In this document: positions 44,521 through 55,145 of the stretch, one piece after another
Layout: each line of letters starts with the position of its first letter
How positions within the stretch are numbered: the stretch's first letter is position 1
Source: an uncultured Bacteroidales bacterium
GTDB taxonomy: Bacteria > Bacteroidota > Bacteroidia > Bacteroidales > FEN-979
Length of the DNA: 64,000 nucleotides
NCBI GenBank assembly: GCA_903929315.1
Contig: CAIYUC010000002.1
Location: 7,626 to 71,625, forward strand
Direction of reading: 5' to 3'
Translations under genes and position numbers: made by a program
The notes under the pieces: generated by a model
Databases searched by the model: none
What the model was told of the DNA's origin: nothing
Seen by the model: only the letters and a program-made list of their open reading frames with translations

Positions 44521-46182
44521 TTAAGGGGATGGTAGTGGGGATGGCACTGAAATCTCACACCTGAGGGATTCCTCTATTCTGCCGACGGATATATTCATCT
44601 GTTGTGCCGCGTCCTTCAGAATGGGTTCGATTTGCTCCCATGGTGCATTTTCAATCAGTTTGATGGTAAGTCGTTGTCGTAATTGAAATAACGATTTCCG
44701 GGTCGGGAGGTTAAATTTCGCCCTGTTGAAAAAGTTACTCTCTTCAGAATAATGATACGGCACATTGGTTACTTCCCTGAACAGGTCATAGCTGGCTTCG
44801 ATTGCATCTTCTGAATTCATGGTATAATGGGACCATTTCTCCATGAATCCTTCTATTTTCCATTTAGTCCGGATTGAAGGATTGACCAGTTCACTCAGGG
44901 GTTGAATAAGAAGTGGAAACAACTGGTAACTAGCCAACAAATTTGTAAGGGAAAGGTTGTTCAGAAAATTGGCCGTATTCCTGAGGGTTTGTTGGTTTTC
45001 ACCCGGAAATCCCACAACAAAAGTCATCAGCGTACTGATACCATAGGCATCGAGTTGTTCCACTCCTCTTTTCAAATTTTCGATCTCCTGGTGTTTATTC
45101 ATCCGCTCCAATTGTCCCGGGTCGCCGGATTCAATACCAACCATTCCCATCATAAGCCCGGAGCGCAACATCAGGACCATTTCGATGTCAGAATATTCTC
45201 CTGCCCGCATGAAGCCAATCCATTTCCTGAGTCCTGATTCAGCAATGGCGTAGCAGACATCCTGAAGGCGTTTCTTGTTGATAAATACATTATCATCTGA
45301 AACGTGGATGATCGCCGGTTTTTGTCCCAGACTGTCTTTCATCAGTTTTAATTCCCCTGAAAGGCTTTTCCCGGAACGGATGAAAATATGGGGGAAGAGT
45401 TTGTAAAAGTCGCAGAACCTGCAACGGTAAGGACAGCCGATGGATGTCCGTAGCGGAATTTTAGAAGGGATTTCATTGATCAGGTCCCAGCGGGTATAAT
45501 CTTCGTCATAATTCACCTGCTCTTCTTCTCTTTTGGTAAATGAAAAACCTTTGGCACCCGGTAGAGCAAGGTTTGGGATCTGTTCGAATGAGGCGCTCCT
45601 GCCTTTTTCCAGCATTGCCAGGACTTCCAGCAGGGATGATTTTCCATGCGGTGCAACAACCAGAATATCCGCATCCATACCGGCGTGGTCAGGGTGGAAA
45701 AGCATCCAGGATGGCAGCGGGTAATGATACGGCGAAGGAGGATGATTCCGGTATATCAAATAATTTTTCCATACAAAAACACCGCCGGCAATAATTTGCG
45801 TTTCCGGCATTGCGCTCCGGATTGAAGAAAACAGTTCCAGGAGCGAATCTGTTGTGACGACCATCGTGGTTGAAACTAAAACAGCAAATGGATCCCGTTC
45901 AGCAACGGTTTTTAGTGTTTCTGCATCGTATTTGTTGGTCAGGATGGTGTCATAGCCCTGTTGGTGCAACAACCCTTCAAGATAGTACCCTGCCGCAGGG
46001 ATATCTTCTTCGTGATCAATACCGCGTGAAACATGCTCAGCGATGTACCCCTTATTGGCAAATTCGTACAATGCGGCCAGCGTTAGCTCCCTGTTATTCA
46101 GGCTAAGCCTGAGGTTGAAGTCGGTATGCAACTGGTGTCTGTCAATTAATGGAGCAATAATTCCAATGATTTTCCTCATCAC
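44521..46182 (-). CDS. Radical SAM protein, probably B12-binding (class B) type
   Basis: 553 aa. CxxxCxxC cluster in TSIGCPYRCRFCDF. The N-terminal ~200 aa has a Rossmann-like B12-binding-domain layout. Confidence 0.7.
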   Translation of the reverse strand: MMRKIIGIIAPLIDRHQLHTDFNLRLSLNNRELTLAALYEFANKGYIAEHVSRGIDHEEDIPAAGYYLEGLLHQQGYDTILTNKYDAETLKTVAERDPFAVLVSTTMVVTTDSLLELFSSIRSAMPETQIIAGGVFVWKNYLIYRNHPPSPYHYPLPSWMLFHPDHAGMDADILVVAPHGKSSLLEVLAMLEKGRSASFEQIPNLALPGAKGFSFTKREEEQVNYDEDYTRWDLINEIPSKIPLRTSIGCPYRCRFCDFYKLFPHIFIRSGKSLSGELKLMKDSLGQKPAIIHVSDDNVFINKKRLQDVCYAIAESGLRKWIGFMRAGEYSDIEMVLMLRSGLMMGMVGIESGDPGQLERMNKHQEIENLKRGVEQLDAYGISTLMTFVVGFPGENQQTLRNTANFLNNLSLTNLLASYQLFPLLIQPLSELVNPSIRTKWKIEGFMEKWSHYTMNSEDAIEASYDLFREVTNVPYHYSEESNFFNRAKFNLPTRKSLFQLRQRLTIKLIENAPWEQIEPILKDAAQQMNISVGRIEESLRCEISVPSPLPSP

Positions 46183-46896
46183 GGATGGTATTCATTAACC
46201 GGTGATTTGATCTTCATCTCTTTCAGGAAATAAGATCATTACAATAATAACAATTATTTTCAATACCAGAAAGAGTTAAAATTGTGCAGGAATTGAATGC
46301 CCGGAAGAATTGTAAACCCTTGGTGTTGCATTGTTGAAATTTATGTTTGTCTTCTTTTTCCGACATGTGCAATAAATCCTGGAATTTTGGTCTCCTCATG
46401 TAAATCGCATTAAGAGATGAAACCAATCTAATTAAACGAAATCTTTTGCTATTTCACTCCTTACATTACCCGTCAGGGAAAAGATGAACTGAAGCGCGCA
46501 GGCCTTGATCCGTGATAATCTTTACAATGAGTTGTTTTTCTTACCCCTATCATCCTGAAATTTCCATTTCCCCAATAAAATCAACCACTTTCACAAAGTA
46601 ACAAAATAACAGAGTAACAAAGTGACAAAGTTATAGAGCATAAAAAAATACTCAGAATTTGTCAATACCGGGTTTTTGGAAACATTGATATAAAAAAGAA
46701 GAACATTCATCATCGGTAAGAGATGAACATGATATTGACGTAATAATGTAATAACTTTGCTAATGGCATTCTGATGTATGATATTAAAAAATGGGCAGTT
46801 AACTTTTTTTAGGGGGGATTTACACTGTAAAAAAGGGAGGGCTTAGGACGGAAAATCCAATTTTTTCTTAAATATAAAAAACAAGGAGGATCATAT

Positions 46897-47559
46897 ATGC
46901 AAAAATATGTTGGTTTTTCAGATACTTTAAAGAGGTCTTTAAGATTTGAAAGCTCGCCGATAGCGATTTCTTTTTCCACCGAAGCTCCTAAGGGTGTTAA
47001 ACAGATGAAAGGAGAGATGAGACTGTGTCAAATGCTTGACAAAGTCAGATTTGACGGTGAAATCTTCTATACAACTTCTGATAACCATCAATGTGATGGG
47101 GGTTCCGGTAGCTGTGGAATGAAAGAAATGAGGGAAAGTGTTAAAACCGGAGAGTTCCTGTCTAAAATGGGTCTCTTCGGCTCTAAAAGAGCTGCGAGGA
47201 GATTTATCAATTCGAATCCGAGGATAGAATATGGAACTGTTAGAATAGTTTCTTTTTCACCATTGGAGAAGGTACTATTTGAACCGGATGTTGTTGTTCT
47301 AATCTGTAATGCGAAGCAGGGGATGATAATAGCAGAGGCATTCGCATATGAATCAGGTAAAAGAACCTTGGGTATGACAGGCCCACCCATATGTTCGTCA
47401 ATTGTGGCAGCCCCTTTTCTGACCGGAGAAGTTGTTTACAGTTTGGGCGACCATGGTGCAAGAAATTATATGAAAATCAAAGACGAGGAAGTTTTTATTG
47501 GTATCCCGGCAGAACTATTGCCATGTATCACTGAGAATCTTGGGAAAATGAAAGTGTAA
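46897..47559 (+). CDS. DUF169-family protein
   Basis: 220 aa with a DUF169/COG2043-like pattern (SPIAISF ... RLCQMLDKVRFDGEIFYTT ... HQCDGGSGSCGM). An unusually strong SD (aaggagga) lies 7 nt upstream. Confidence 0.7.
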   Translation: MQKYVGFSDTLKRSLRFESSPIAISFSTEAPKGVKQMKGEMRLCQMLDKVRFDGEIFYTTSDNHQCDGGSGSCGMKEMRESVKTGEFLSKMGLFGSKRAARRFINSNPRIEYGTVRIVSFSPLEKVLFEPDVVVLICNAKQGMIIAEAFAYESGKRTLGMTGPPICSSIVAAPFLTGEVVYSLGDHGARNYMKIKDEEVFIGIPAELLPCITENLGKMKV

Positions 47560-47599
47560 GATAAATTAAATAATGTCAAAGAATTAAAACCTGTATCCA

Positions 47600-48265
47600 A
47601 TGAAGAAAGATGATATTACAATTATTAAAATGGCCTTTGTAAATGCTTTTCTGGTAAAGGTAAAAGAAGGATTTGTTTTAATTGATACTGGTTTGGCTAT
47701 ACATTGGGAAAAATTGGAAAGTGAATTAATGTCTGCTGGTTGTTTGCCAGACAAATTAAAACTTGTCCTTATAACACACGGCGACTTTGACCATACAGGA
47801 AATTGTGCAAAGCTGCAGGAAAAATACAAATCCAAAATAGCTATGCATAAAGAGGATTCATTTATGGTGGAACAAGGTGTGTTTTTGAAACGGAAAGTAA
47901 GAACTTTAGCAGCCAAAATATTTTTCATACTAAGAAAGTTAAAAAGAAGAAAATTTACTTTTGATAAATTCAAACCAGATATCTTTATAACTGACGGGCA
48001 AAATTTGAAAGAATATGGTTTCAATGCCACCATAGTACATATTCCGGGTCATACAAAAGGTTCAATAGGCATAATAACTGATGATGGAATTTTATTCGCA
48101 GGAGATACATTTACAAATATGAGAAAACCTGACATAGCAACTTATATTGAAAATTCCGGGCAATTGAAAAACAGTATTGCCAGATTGAAAAAGATGAATA
48201 TCAAAACGATCTATCCCGGTCATGGTAAACCATTTGAAATGGAATCTATAGCCCGGCAAATTTGA
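47600..48265 (+). CDS. MBL-fold metallo-hydrolase
   Basis: ITHGDFDHTGN (HxHxDH-type), a later HIPGHTKGS, and a YPGHG motif. Confidence 0.85.
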   Translation: MKKDDITIIKMAFVNAFLVKVKEGFVLIDTGLAIHWEKLESELMSAGCLPDKLKLVLITHGDFDHTGNCAKLQEKYKSKIAMHKEDSFMVEQGVFLKRKVRTLAAKIFFILRKLKRRKFTFDKFKPDIFITDGQNLKEYGFNATIVHIPGHTKGSIGIITDDGILFAGDTFTNMRKPDIATYIENSGQLKNSIARLKKMNIKTIYPGHGKPFEMESIARQI

Positions 48266-48299
48266 TAAAAAAATTAATTAAAAGTCATTCCTCTGACAA

Positions 48300-49637
48300 A
48301 TGGCATCTGGAAATAATGAAAATAAACCTATCGGACTTAAATTAATTTTTCGTTCCTTTCAATATAGAAACTATCGTCTTTTCTTTAGCGGACAAAGCAT
48401 TTCACTAATAGGAACGTGGATACAACGAATTGCAACACCTTGGTTAGTTTATAACCTTACTGGTTCTGCATTTTTACTTGGTGTTGTTGGTTTTGCCGGT
48501 CAAATACCTACATTCGTAATAGCTCCTTTTGCCGGAGTTCTGACTGATCGTTGGAACAGGTATCACATTTTAATTGCTACTCAAATAGCGGCAATGATAC
48601 AGGCATTAATTCTGGCATTTCTTTATTTCACTGGAACAATTGAGGTTTGGCACATCCTGCTTCTAAGTATTTTTCTTGGAATTGTTAATGCATTTGATAT
48701 TCCTGCACGACAGTCATTTGTGATTGAAATGGTAGAAAAGAAGGAAGATTTAGGGAATGCGATTGCCTTAAATTCTTCAATGGTTAACGGTGCGAGATTA
48801 CTTGGACCATCGATAGCCGGGATGTTAATTGCTTTTACAGGTGAAGGAATTTGTTTTCTTCTGAATGGACTAAGCTATCTTTTTGTCATCATATCCCTGC
48901 TGTTTATGAAAATTGCTCCAAGAAAAATTAACAATAAAAATACCAGTGTTTTTAAAGAGTTAAAGGAAGGATTCGATTATGCGATAGGTTTCGCACCGAT
49001 AAAATATATTATCCTGTTACTCGGTTTGGTTAGTTTAATGGGAATGCCTTATACTATACTTATGCCTGTTTTTGCTAAAGAAATACTTCATGGAAGCTCA
49101 CATACTTTCGGTTTTCTTATGGGAGCTTCAGGTTTAGGAGCTTTGATAGGAGCTCTTTATCTCGCCTCCAGAAAAAGTGTTTTTGGGATAGGTAAAATTA
49201 TTCCTCTGGCTGCAGGCATCTTTGGTTTTGGGCTTATTACATTTTCTTTATCCCGGTTCTTTTTGCTTTCATTAATGTTGATGATAATAACCGGACTGGG
49301 AATGATGTTGGAGATGGCATCAAGTAACACTCTTTTACAAACCATTGTGGATGATGATAAACGTGGTCGTGTTATGAGTTTTTATACGATGGCATTTATG
49401 GGGACAGCGCCTTTTGGTAGCATTTTAGCAGGTGGATTGGCAAATATCATTGGTACACCAAATACAATTTTAATCGGTGGAATATCTTGTATTTTAGGCG
49501 CTCTTGTCTTCGCGCGTAAACTTCCTGAATTAAGGAAAATGATCCGTCCCATCTATGTCAGATTGGGTTACATTGCACCGGAGGTATCATTAGGAATTCA
49601 GACAGCAACGGAACTAACCGTTCCACCTGAAGAATAG
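48300..49637 (+). CDS. MFS transporter (EntS/MFS_3-like)
   Basis: 445 aa with 12 predicted TM helices. FAGVLTDRWNR is the loop motif typical of this MFS subfamily. Confidence 0.85.
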   Translation: MASGNNENKPIGLKLIFRSFQYRNYRLFFSGQSISLIGTWIQRIATPWLVYNLTGSAFLLGVVGFAGQIPTFVIAPFAGVLTDRWNRYHILIATQIAAMIQALILAFLYFTGTIEVWHILLLSIFLGIVNAFDIPARQSFVIEMVEKKEDLGNAIALNSSMVNGARLLGPSIAGMLIAFTGEGICFLLNGLSYLFVIISLLFMKIAPRKINNKNTSVFKELKEGFDYAIGFAPIKYIILLLGLVSLMGMPYTILMPVFAKEILHGSSHTFGFLMGASGLGALIGALYLASRKSVFGIGKIIPLAAGIFGFGLITFSLSRFFLLSLMLMIITGLGMMLEMASSNTLLQTIVDDDKRGRVMSFYTMAFMGTAPFGSILAGGLANIIGTPNTILIGGISCILGALVFARKLPELRKMIRPIYVRLGYIAPEVSLGIQTATELTVPPEE

Positions 49638-49699
49638 AAAATGAGTGACATTTCCTCTATCTTAATTGTTCTGTTTCATACTTTCGCCGGCAGTGGTCC

Positions 49700-50260
49700 T
49701 TACTTTTTAATTATTTTCAGCGAAGCGATAGTTTTATTGTTGCTTAGCACTTTCAAAATATATATGCCCGCAACACGATTGGTTAAATCAATCGTATTTA
49801 TACCATTTACTGCTGTTTGATTGTGAACTAAAACTCCAGTGGTGTTATAGACTTCAATTCGTGCATTGGCGGTTAGCTTTGGAAGAACGACATTAAATAT
49901 TCCATTTGTGGGATTTGGATAAACTGCTAAGTTTTCTTCTGGCAGTTGAGCAATACCCGATGGATTCTCCGAATAACGACAAAGCTGGTAGTCGGACCAA
50001 AAGCTATATGCAGCTTGAAAATAAACTGCGTTGTTAAAGGGGACCCAAGCTTGAAAGGGATAAAAAGGAGTTTCCCCGGAGGTACTGGGTGGTGTCGGAC
50101 AGACGGTTCCCGCGGCAGTACCATCGGAAATCCAAACCTGATTTTGATTCACACTATCGGTGGCGCTGAAATAAATTTTTCCATATATGAAGAAAAATAC
50201 TTCAGCTCTTGTGATACCAACTTTCGCGGAATATAATAATAATACACCCAAGCAACCCAC
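49700..50260 (-). pseudogene. C-terminal remnant of a T9SS-sorted repeat protein
   Basis: The ELW-x-DGTAAGT-type repeat remnant (VWISDGTAAGT) and the T9SS domain (VYPNPTNGIFNV...GIYILKV) are present. There is no signal peptide or N-terminal body. The 5' part overlaps 50187-50765. Confidence 0.6.
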
Positions 50261-50765
50261 TCCTGAGCAACAGGTCTTGATAGATGAATACTTGGAATCC
50301 TTTACACCGAAAATCTGTTGCCTTGAATCCTGCTGGAGTCAAGCTATGACAGATCCTCCTGGTGTAAAGCCTTTCATTAAAGCCATCCCGTGGATGATAG
50401 AAAAAGAAATAGGTTATGCCTACAGGATTATCTCGAGCGGTCATGATTTGGAGTACTATGTAAAGTATCCAACTGGCATAATTTGGAATGATCCGCACCT
50501 CGCGGGTATTGATGTTTTTTATTTGGCTGCCCATGGGAAACCCCGTGGATTAATGACCTCTGTTAAGGATATAGAATCAGAGGGATTAATCAAAGCGTGG
50601 AATGGTCTGGAACGATATTTTAATATTGTCTATTTCAGTGGGTGCGAAGTCCTTGGTGGGGCAAAGGGTCAAGAGTTTGTGCAAGAATTTAGAATAAAGC
50701 GGCTTCAGGAAATCCATAAAAAATTCGGCTTCACTACCCAGGAAGAATTGCAGCCTAGTAGTTAA
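50187..50765 (+). CDS. Hypothetical protein with caspase/CHAT-like His...Cys dyad pattern
   Basis: A hydrophobic strand + HG (DVFYLAAHG), then 37 residues later a hydrophobic strand + C (NIVYFSGCEVLGG). No family recognised with certainty. Confidence 0.45.
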   Translation: MKKNTSALVIPTFAEYNNNTPKQPTPEQQVLIDEYLESFTPKICCLESCWSQAMTDPPGVKPFIKAIPWMIEKEIGYAYRIISSGHDLEYYVKYPTGIIWNDPHLAGIDVFYLAAHGKPRGLMTSVKDIESEGLIKAWNGLERYFNIVYFSGCEVLGGAKGQEFVQEFRIKRLQEIHKKFGFTTQEELQPSS

Positions 50766-50777
50766 TGCGCTCTTTTG

Positions 50778-50870
50778 TAGTCAGCAGTCGGCAGTCAGCA
50801 GCCCCAATCCCTATTCTCATATCGAGTATCGAGGATCAAGCATCGAGTATCCGAGATCTGGTATCCGGCA
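50778..50870. repeat. Mosaic stutter block (gtagtcagcagtcggcagtcagcag / ccccaatccctattctcat / atcgagtatcgaggatcaagcatcgagtatcc)
   Basis: Same module order as 39818 and 41039. Begins just after the stop of 50187-50765. Confidence 0.85.
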
Positions 50871-50872
50871 TT

Positions 50873-51217
50873 TTATTTAAAATTGTCAATTATTCTTCTT
50901 CTATCCTCATTCTCCTTATCATTCTTATGATAGAGTTCAATAAAAGTTATTTTTTGATCTTCTTTAAAATGGGCGTAGATAAGGTGTAATCCTGAATTCA
51001 CTCCTCTGCCTTTTAATGATTTGCAGGCAATCTTTTTGACTTTGATTATGCACGTTTCCAGACCCAGGTCATCAATACGAAAACTGAACGGAGGTCTTTC
51101 ATCAGGCATTACTTCCAGAACTTTTTTTACAACCTCTAAATCGTCATTCAATGATGTGTATTTTTTTAAAAGGGTTTTCAAATCCTTTTTAAATCCGGCA
51201 AGTTCATCGAAAGTCAT
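50873..51217 (-). CDS. RelE/ParE-superfamily toxin
   Basis: FKKDLKTLLKKYTSLNDDL ... KGRGVNSGLHLIYAHFKEDQKITFIELYHKNDKEN is the RelE/Gp49-like pattern. Overlaps the upstream antitoxin gene by 4 nt. Confidence 0.75.
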   Translation of the reverse strand: MTFDELAGFKKDLKTLLKKYTSLNDDLEVVKKVLEVMPDERPPFSFRIDDLGLETCIIKVKKIACKSLKGRGVNSGLHLIYAHFKEDQKITFIELYHKNDKENEDRRRIIDNFK

Positions 51218-52017
51218 TGTTCCTCCATTTCGTCTCCATAGTTCCTTACAGAAAAGGGAGGTTCCCTGTAAAATGCTAATTCATAATCAATTTTTTCTCC
51301 TTCTTTTGAAGCTAACCAGGGCATGTCATTATGTGAATAGTTGCTGATTGCAGAAGCAGACCAATCACTCATTTGTTCAATAACCTGGTCAATGACTTCT
51401 TTTTCACTTGCTTTTAATTGCGTTAAATCAGCTTTATCCAAAGGCAGGTAACGGGTTTGCGGAAAGCGGTGATATTCGGTTTTCACTCTTTGTATAAGTG
51501 AATTGGCAAGCATTTGATCGATGATTGTGTCTAATTTTAGCGGAACAGGTCCATAAGGCAACTTACGATATATCGCACCGGTCAGATGTTCCTCATAAAT
51601 CTCATAATAATTGAAATCAGAGAAATAAAGCAATTTGTAAAGAACCGTTTCACCAACATTCGGCTTACCTGCACATCGTTCAAGGATATACAGAAGCACA
51701 TTCTTAAACTTATTGATTTGCAATGTGGGAACAGAAATACGCTCTTCATGCAATTGGGCTTTTATATCTGAATTACTTTCCATTTTTTGACGAATACAAA
51801 AATCTTCGGACACGAAATCATCCAGGGAAAACCCTAAAACAACAGAGAGGTTTTGCAACTCCGGGATATTTACGTTTCTGTTGCCTAGCTCAATCTGAGC
51901 CAGAGACGAACGGGATATTTTAATACCTTTAGCCAAATCTTCCTGCGACAGTCCTTTGGCTTTTCGTAATCCGGCAATCCTTTGTCCTATTTGTTTTTGT
52001 GACAGTTTTATGCTCAT
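51214..52017 (-). CDS. XRE HTH fused to Panacea/SocA (DUF4065) antitoxin domain
   Basis: HTH IAGLRKAKGLSQEDLAKGIKISRSSLAQIELGNR. The C-terminal LYKLLYFSDFNYYEIYEEHLTGAIYRKLPYGPVP is the DUF4065 signature. Confidence 0.8.
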   Translation of the reverse strand: MSIKLSQKQIGQRIAGLRKAKGLSQEDLAKGIKISRSSLAQIELGNRNVNIPELQNLSVVLGFSLDDFVSEDFCIRQKMESNSDIKAQLHEERISVPTLQINKFKNVLLYILERCAGKPNVGETVLYKLLYFSDFNYYEIYEEHLTGAIYRKLPYGPVPLKLDTIIDQMLANSLIQRVKTEYHRFPQTRYLPLDKADLTQLKASEKEVIDQVIEQMSDWSASAISNYSHNDMPWLASKEGEKIDYELAFYREPPFSVRNYGDEMEEQ

Positions 52018-52122
52018 ATAAAATTGGTGTTTCACTTAATTACAGGACAAAGATAAGTATTGTTTCAATACAAAACAATAAATAGTTACATAATCAAACA
52101 AAATATTCCCGACAGTTTAAAA

Positions 52123-52272
52123 AATTCGTCATTCGACATCCATGAATTTCATTCGTCATCCCTGCTGACGGCAGGCAGGCGTCATTCATGGCATTCGTGA
52201 ATTTCATCCGGCATCCGGCATCAGTTTTCCACCAGTCACCGATCACCGTAATCCAGCATCGAGTATCTGTTT
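52123..52272. repeat. Mosaic stutter block (attcgtcatt words, ccctgctgacggcaggcaggc palindrome, ccggcatc x2, caccagtcaccgatcacc, atccagcatcgagtatc)
   Basis: Read directly. Same word families as 39818-40090 in a different order. Confidence 0.85.
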
Positions 52273-52337
52273 CTGTCCACACTTATATTCGGATCAAAGC
52301 CTCGAAAGAATAGTATCTTTGCAAAAAAATTGATCTT

Positions 52338-53381
52338 ATGAAACGAATCATTATACTCACCCTCCCCTTGTTTTTTGCGCTCATCTCATTTTCGCAGTGT
52401 TCGCTCACTTTGATAAACAACGCTCCGACTCCCGGCGATTCAAATACATATGTTAAAATACCCTTTGTCGCCCCCGGTGATGCTGGTCCGGACCAGGTCT
52501 GGGACTTCTCAGGGATAACCATCCTCGGTGAAAAGATGGTCAGCAAAATCACTTTTGCTCCTTCGGATAAAGACAAGAATTCCATTGATTTTGATTTCAT
52601 CCTCAACGAAAGAGGATCAGAGTATTTTGGTAAACTGAGAGAGGATTTTTTCATGGAAGTCGGCGGGGTCACACAAGATTATTCCGTGATTTATAGTGAT
52701 CCTGTAATTAGAATGATCTATCCTTTTGCTTATAGAAATCATTTTACCGACAATTTCGCAGGCCTGGCCAAATTACAGAATGTCAAGAAGGTAGATTTCA
52801 GTGGTGTTTATTCGGTGACGGCTGATGCCTATGGTACACTGATCCTGCCTGACCATGCCTATATGGATGTATTGCGGGTAAAGACAGAATCGAATGGAAT
52901 AGAGATCAACCAGTGCAATTCTGTTGAGGTCAAGGTAATCCATTATTTATGGTATGCTCCCGGTCACAGATATCCGGTGCTGAATGTCTCAATAACTGAG
53001 TGCAGGGTCAGTGGCAGAGAACCCGAGATCACGAGGTCAGCCCTTGTATGGTCAGGCAGGAATGTCGACACGCCTCCCGGTGACGGCCAACCGCAAGGTC
53101 TGGCCATTACTGATGAGGGTCCGGTTGTAGTCGTTTACCCCAATCCGTTTAGTGATAAACTGAACTATTACTATTTCCTGCGCAAATCTATTCCGGCGGC
53201 CATCACACTGATGGATGTTACAGGGAGAACATCCGCACTGCTCATGAAACAACAGATGCAGATCGAAGGCCTTCATTCCGGATCCATCGAACCTGCTGAT
53301 TTCAACCTGAACCCGGGGGTATATTACCTAAGATTTGTATTTGACAAACAGGTTGTTGTCAGAAAAGTTATTAAACTGTAA
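52338..53381 (+). CDS. Secreted hypothetical protein with T9SS C-terminal domain
   Basis: Signal peptide, C-terminal VVYPNPFSDKLNYYY...GVYYLRF. A TATCTTTG box lies at 52314-52321. Confidence 0.75.
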   Translation: MKRIIILTLPLFFALISFSQCSLTLINNAPTPGDSNTYVKIPFVAPGDAGPDQVWDFSGITILGEKMVSKITFAPSDKDKNSIDFDFILNERGSEYFGKLREDFFMEVGGVTQDYSVIYSDPVIRMIYPFAYRNHFTDNFAGLAKLQNVKKVDFSGVYSVTADAYGTLILPDHAYMDVLRVKTESNGIEINQCNSVEVKVIHYLWYAPGHRYPVLNVSITECRVSGREPEITRSALVWSGRNVDTPPGDGQPQGLAITDEGPVVVVYPNPFSDKLNYYYFLRKSIPAAITLMDVTGRTSALLMKQQMQIEGLHSGSIEPADFNLNPGVYYLRFVFDKQVVVRKVIKL

Positions 53382-53459
53382 CAGTTGAAATTCCCCTTTT
53401 TTCTTCATCTGGCATCGGTTTTTTCACAAGCTCACCAGGTATGTTTTTGGGGAAGGAAT

Positions 53460-53906
53460 TTACACTTTCTTCACCTGGACGGCATTCAAACCTTTAATAC
53501 CACGCTCTATCTTAAACGTAACCATATCGTTTTCCTTGATTTCCTCAATCAAACCTTTGGCGTGAACAAAATATTTCTCCTGTGAACCGAGTTCTTTAAT
53601 AAAACCAAATCCTTTTGAAAGGTTGAAAAACTCAACCTTTCCCTCTCGTATTGAGGTAACCTCCATCGCCTCTCTCTTTGGCACTCCAATTTCTATGCTT
53701 CCGGCGTCGATCTTTTTTCTATTTGCCGGATTGGGAGGTGTATCTGTGATGTACCCGTTTTCATCAACATAAGCAATCATATTCTCAAATCCACCGCCTT
53801 GTGAGTTTGCCCTACGGTCAGCAAGTTTTTTTTGCTTGTCTGATCGTTTCTTTAATCGTTTTTTCTCTTTGTCTTTCTTGTTAAAGGTCTCTTGAGAACC
53901 CGCCAT
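53460..53906 (-). CDS. Cold-shock-domain protein with basic N-terminal extension
   Basis: C-terminal GKVEFFNLSKGFGFIKE...YFVHAKGL (CSD RNP motifs). The N-terminal ~80 aa is Lys/Arg-rich. Confidence 0.8.
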   Translation of the reverse strand: MAGSQETFNKKDKEKKRLKKRSDKQKKLADRRANSQGGGFENMIAYVDENGYITDTPPNPANRKKIDAGSIEIGVPKREAMEVTSIREGKVEFFNLSKGFGFIKELGSQEKYFVHAKGLIEEIKENDMVTFKIERGIKGLNAVQVKKV

Positions 53907-54328
53907 ATAATTGTTGATTTAAAATGATGTCAAAACTATTCTACCTGAACAGTCAGTGTGCTCCATTAAATACCTCATTTGTCAATAACTTGTCCGGGCA
54001 AAACCACAAAAGTCGGAACTTACGATTGGGGAATTGGGGGAAAAGTATTTATATCACTACTGAAATGCAAAGATACTGGTTTTTATTGGACTATGGTTTA
54101 TCATAGTCAAAGAATCCCAAAAGTCTAAGTCATGATACTCGATGCTCGATATTAAAGACACAAGCCTCAATTCCACACTCACATCGAGAATCCCTGCCTG
54201 CCTGCTGACGCAGTCAGGCAGGCAGGCAGTATCGAGCATCGAGTATCTGTCTTTCCACCAGTTCATAAAATATTTCTTACTCCGGCGTATTACCTTTTAG
54301 TTGAAAGGTGGATTAATGTGAAAAAATT

Positions 54329-54529
54329 ATGGAACAGAGCATTCAATTGAAAACTGAAAAAATTGCCTCTTACATTTATCTTATTCGCGGAGAAAAAGTA
54401 ATAATGGACTTCACACTTGCTCAATTATATGAAGGGAAGGTACGGATACTGAAAAAAGCGGTTTCGGGACATGATGAAAAGATCCAATTGATTTTTTCTG
54501 CAATTAAACAACTAATGGAAGAAAAGTAG
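54329..54529 (+). pseudogene. Internally deleted ORF6N-domain gene remnant
   Basis: IYLIRGEKVIMDFTLAQLYE (ORF6N N-terminus) is joined directly to SGHDEKIQLIFSAIKQLMEEK (compare SHDEKLILIFKVLKQLIGK at the C-terminus of 60953-61525). Confidence 0.65.
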
Positions 54530-54659
54530 ACCCCGTCATCCCACAATCCGGTTGGATTTAAGATACCAGGGAAATCGATTTAATTTTGTTTTTCTTGATT
54601 TATTAGCTAGTCTTCATTCCTGGCATTCGTGAATTTCATTCAGCATCTGTCTTTCCAAC

Positions 54660-55115
<456 letters not shown>

Positions 55116-55145
55116 CGACCGTATACTGGATACTCGATACTGGAT

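Noticed and set aside
46183-46896. Cobalamin or SAM riboswitch upstream of the radical SAM or DUF169 genes
   Set aside because: I could not find the conserved B12-box or SAM-I/II core motifs by eye. The region is mostly AT-rich spacer plus a gene remnant and gtaacaaa-type stutter words.
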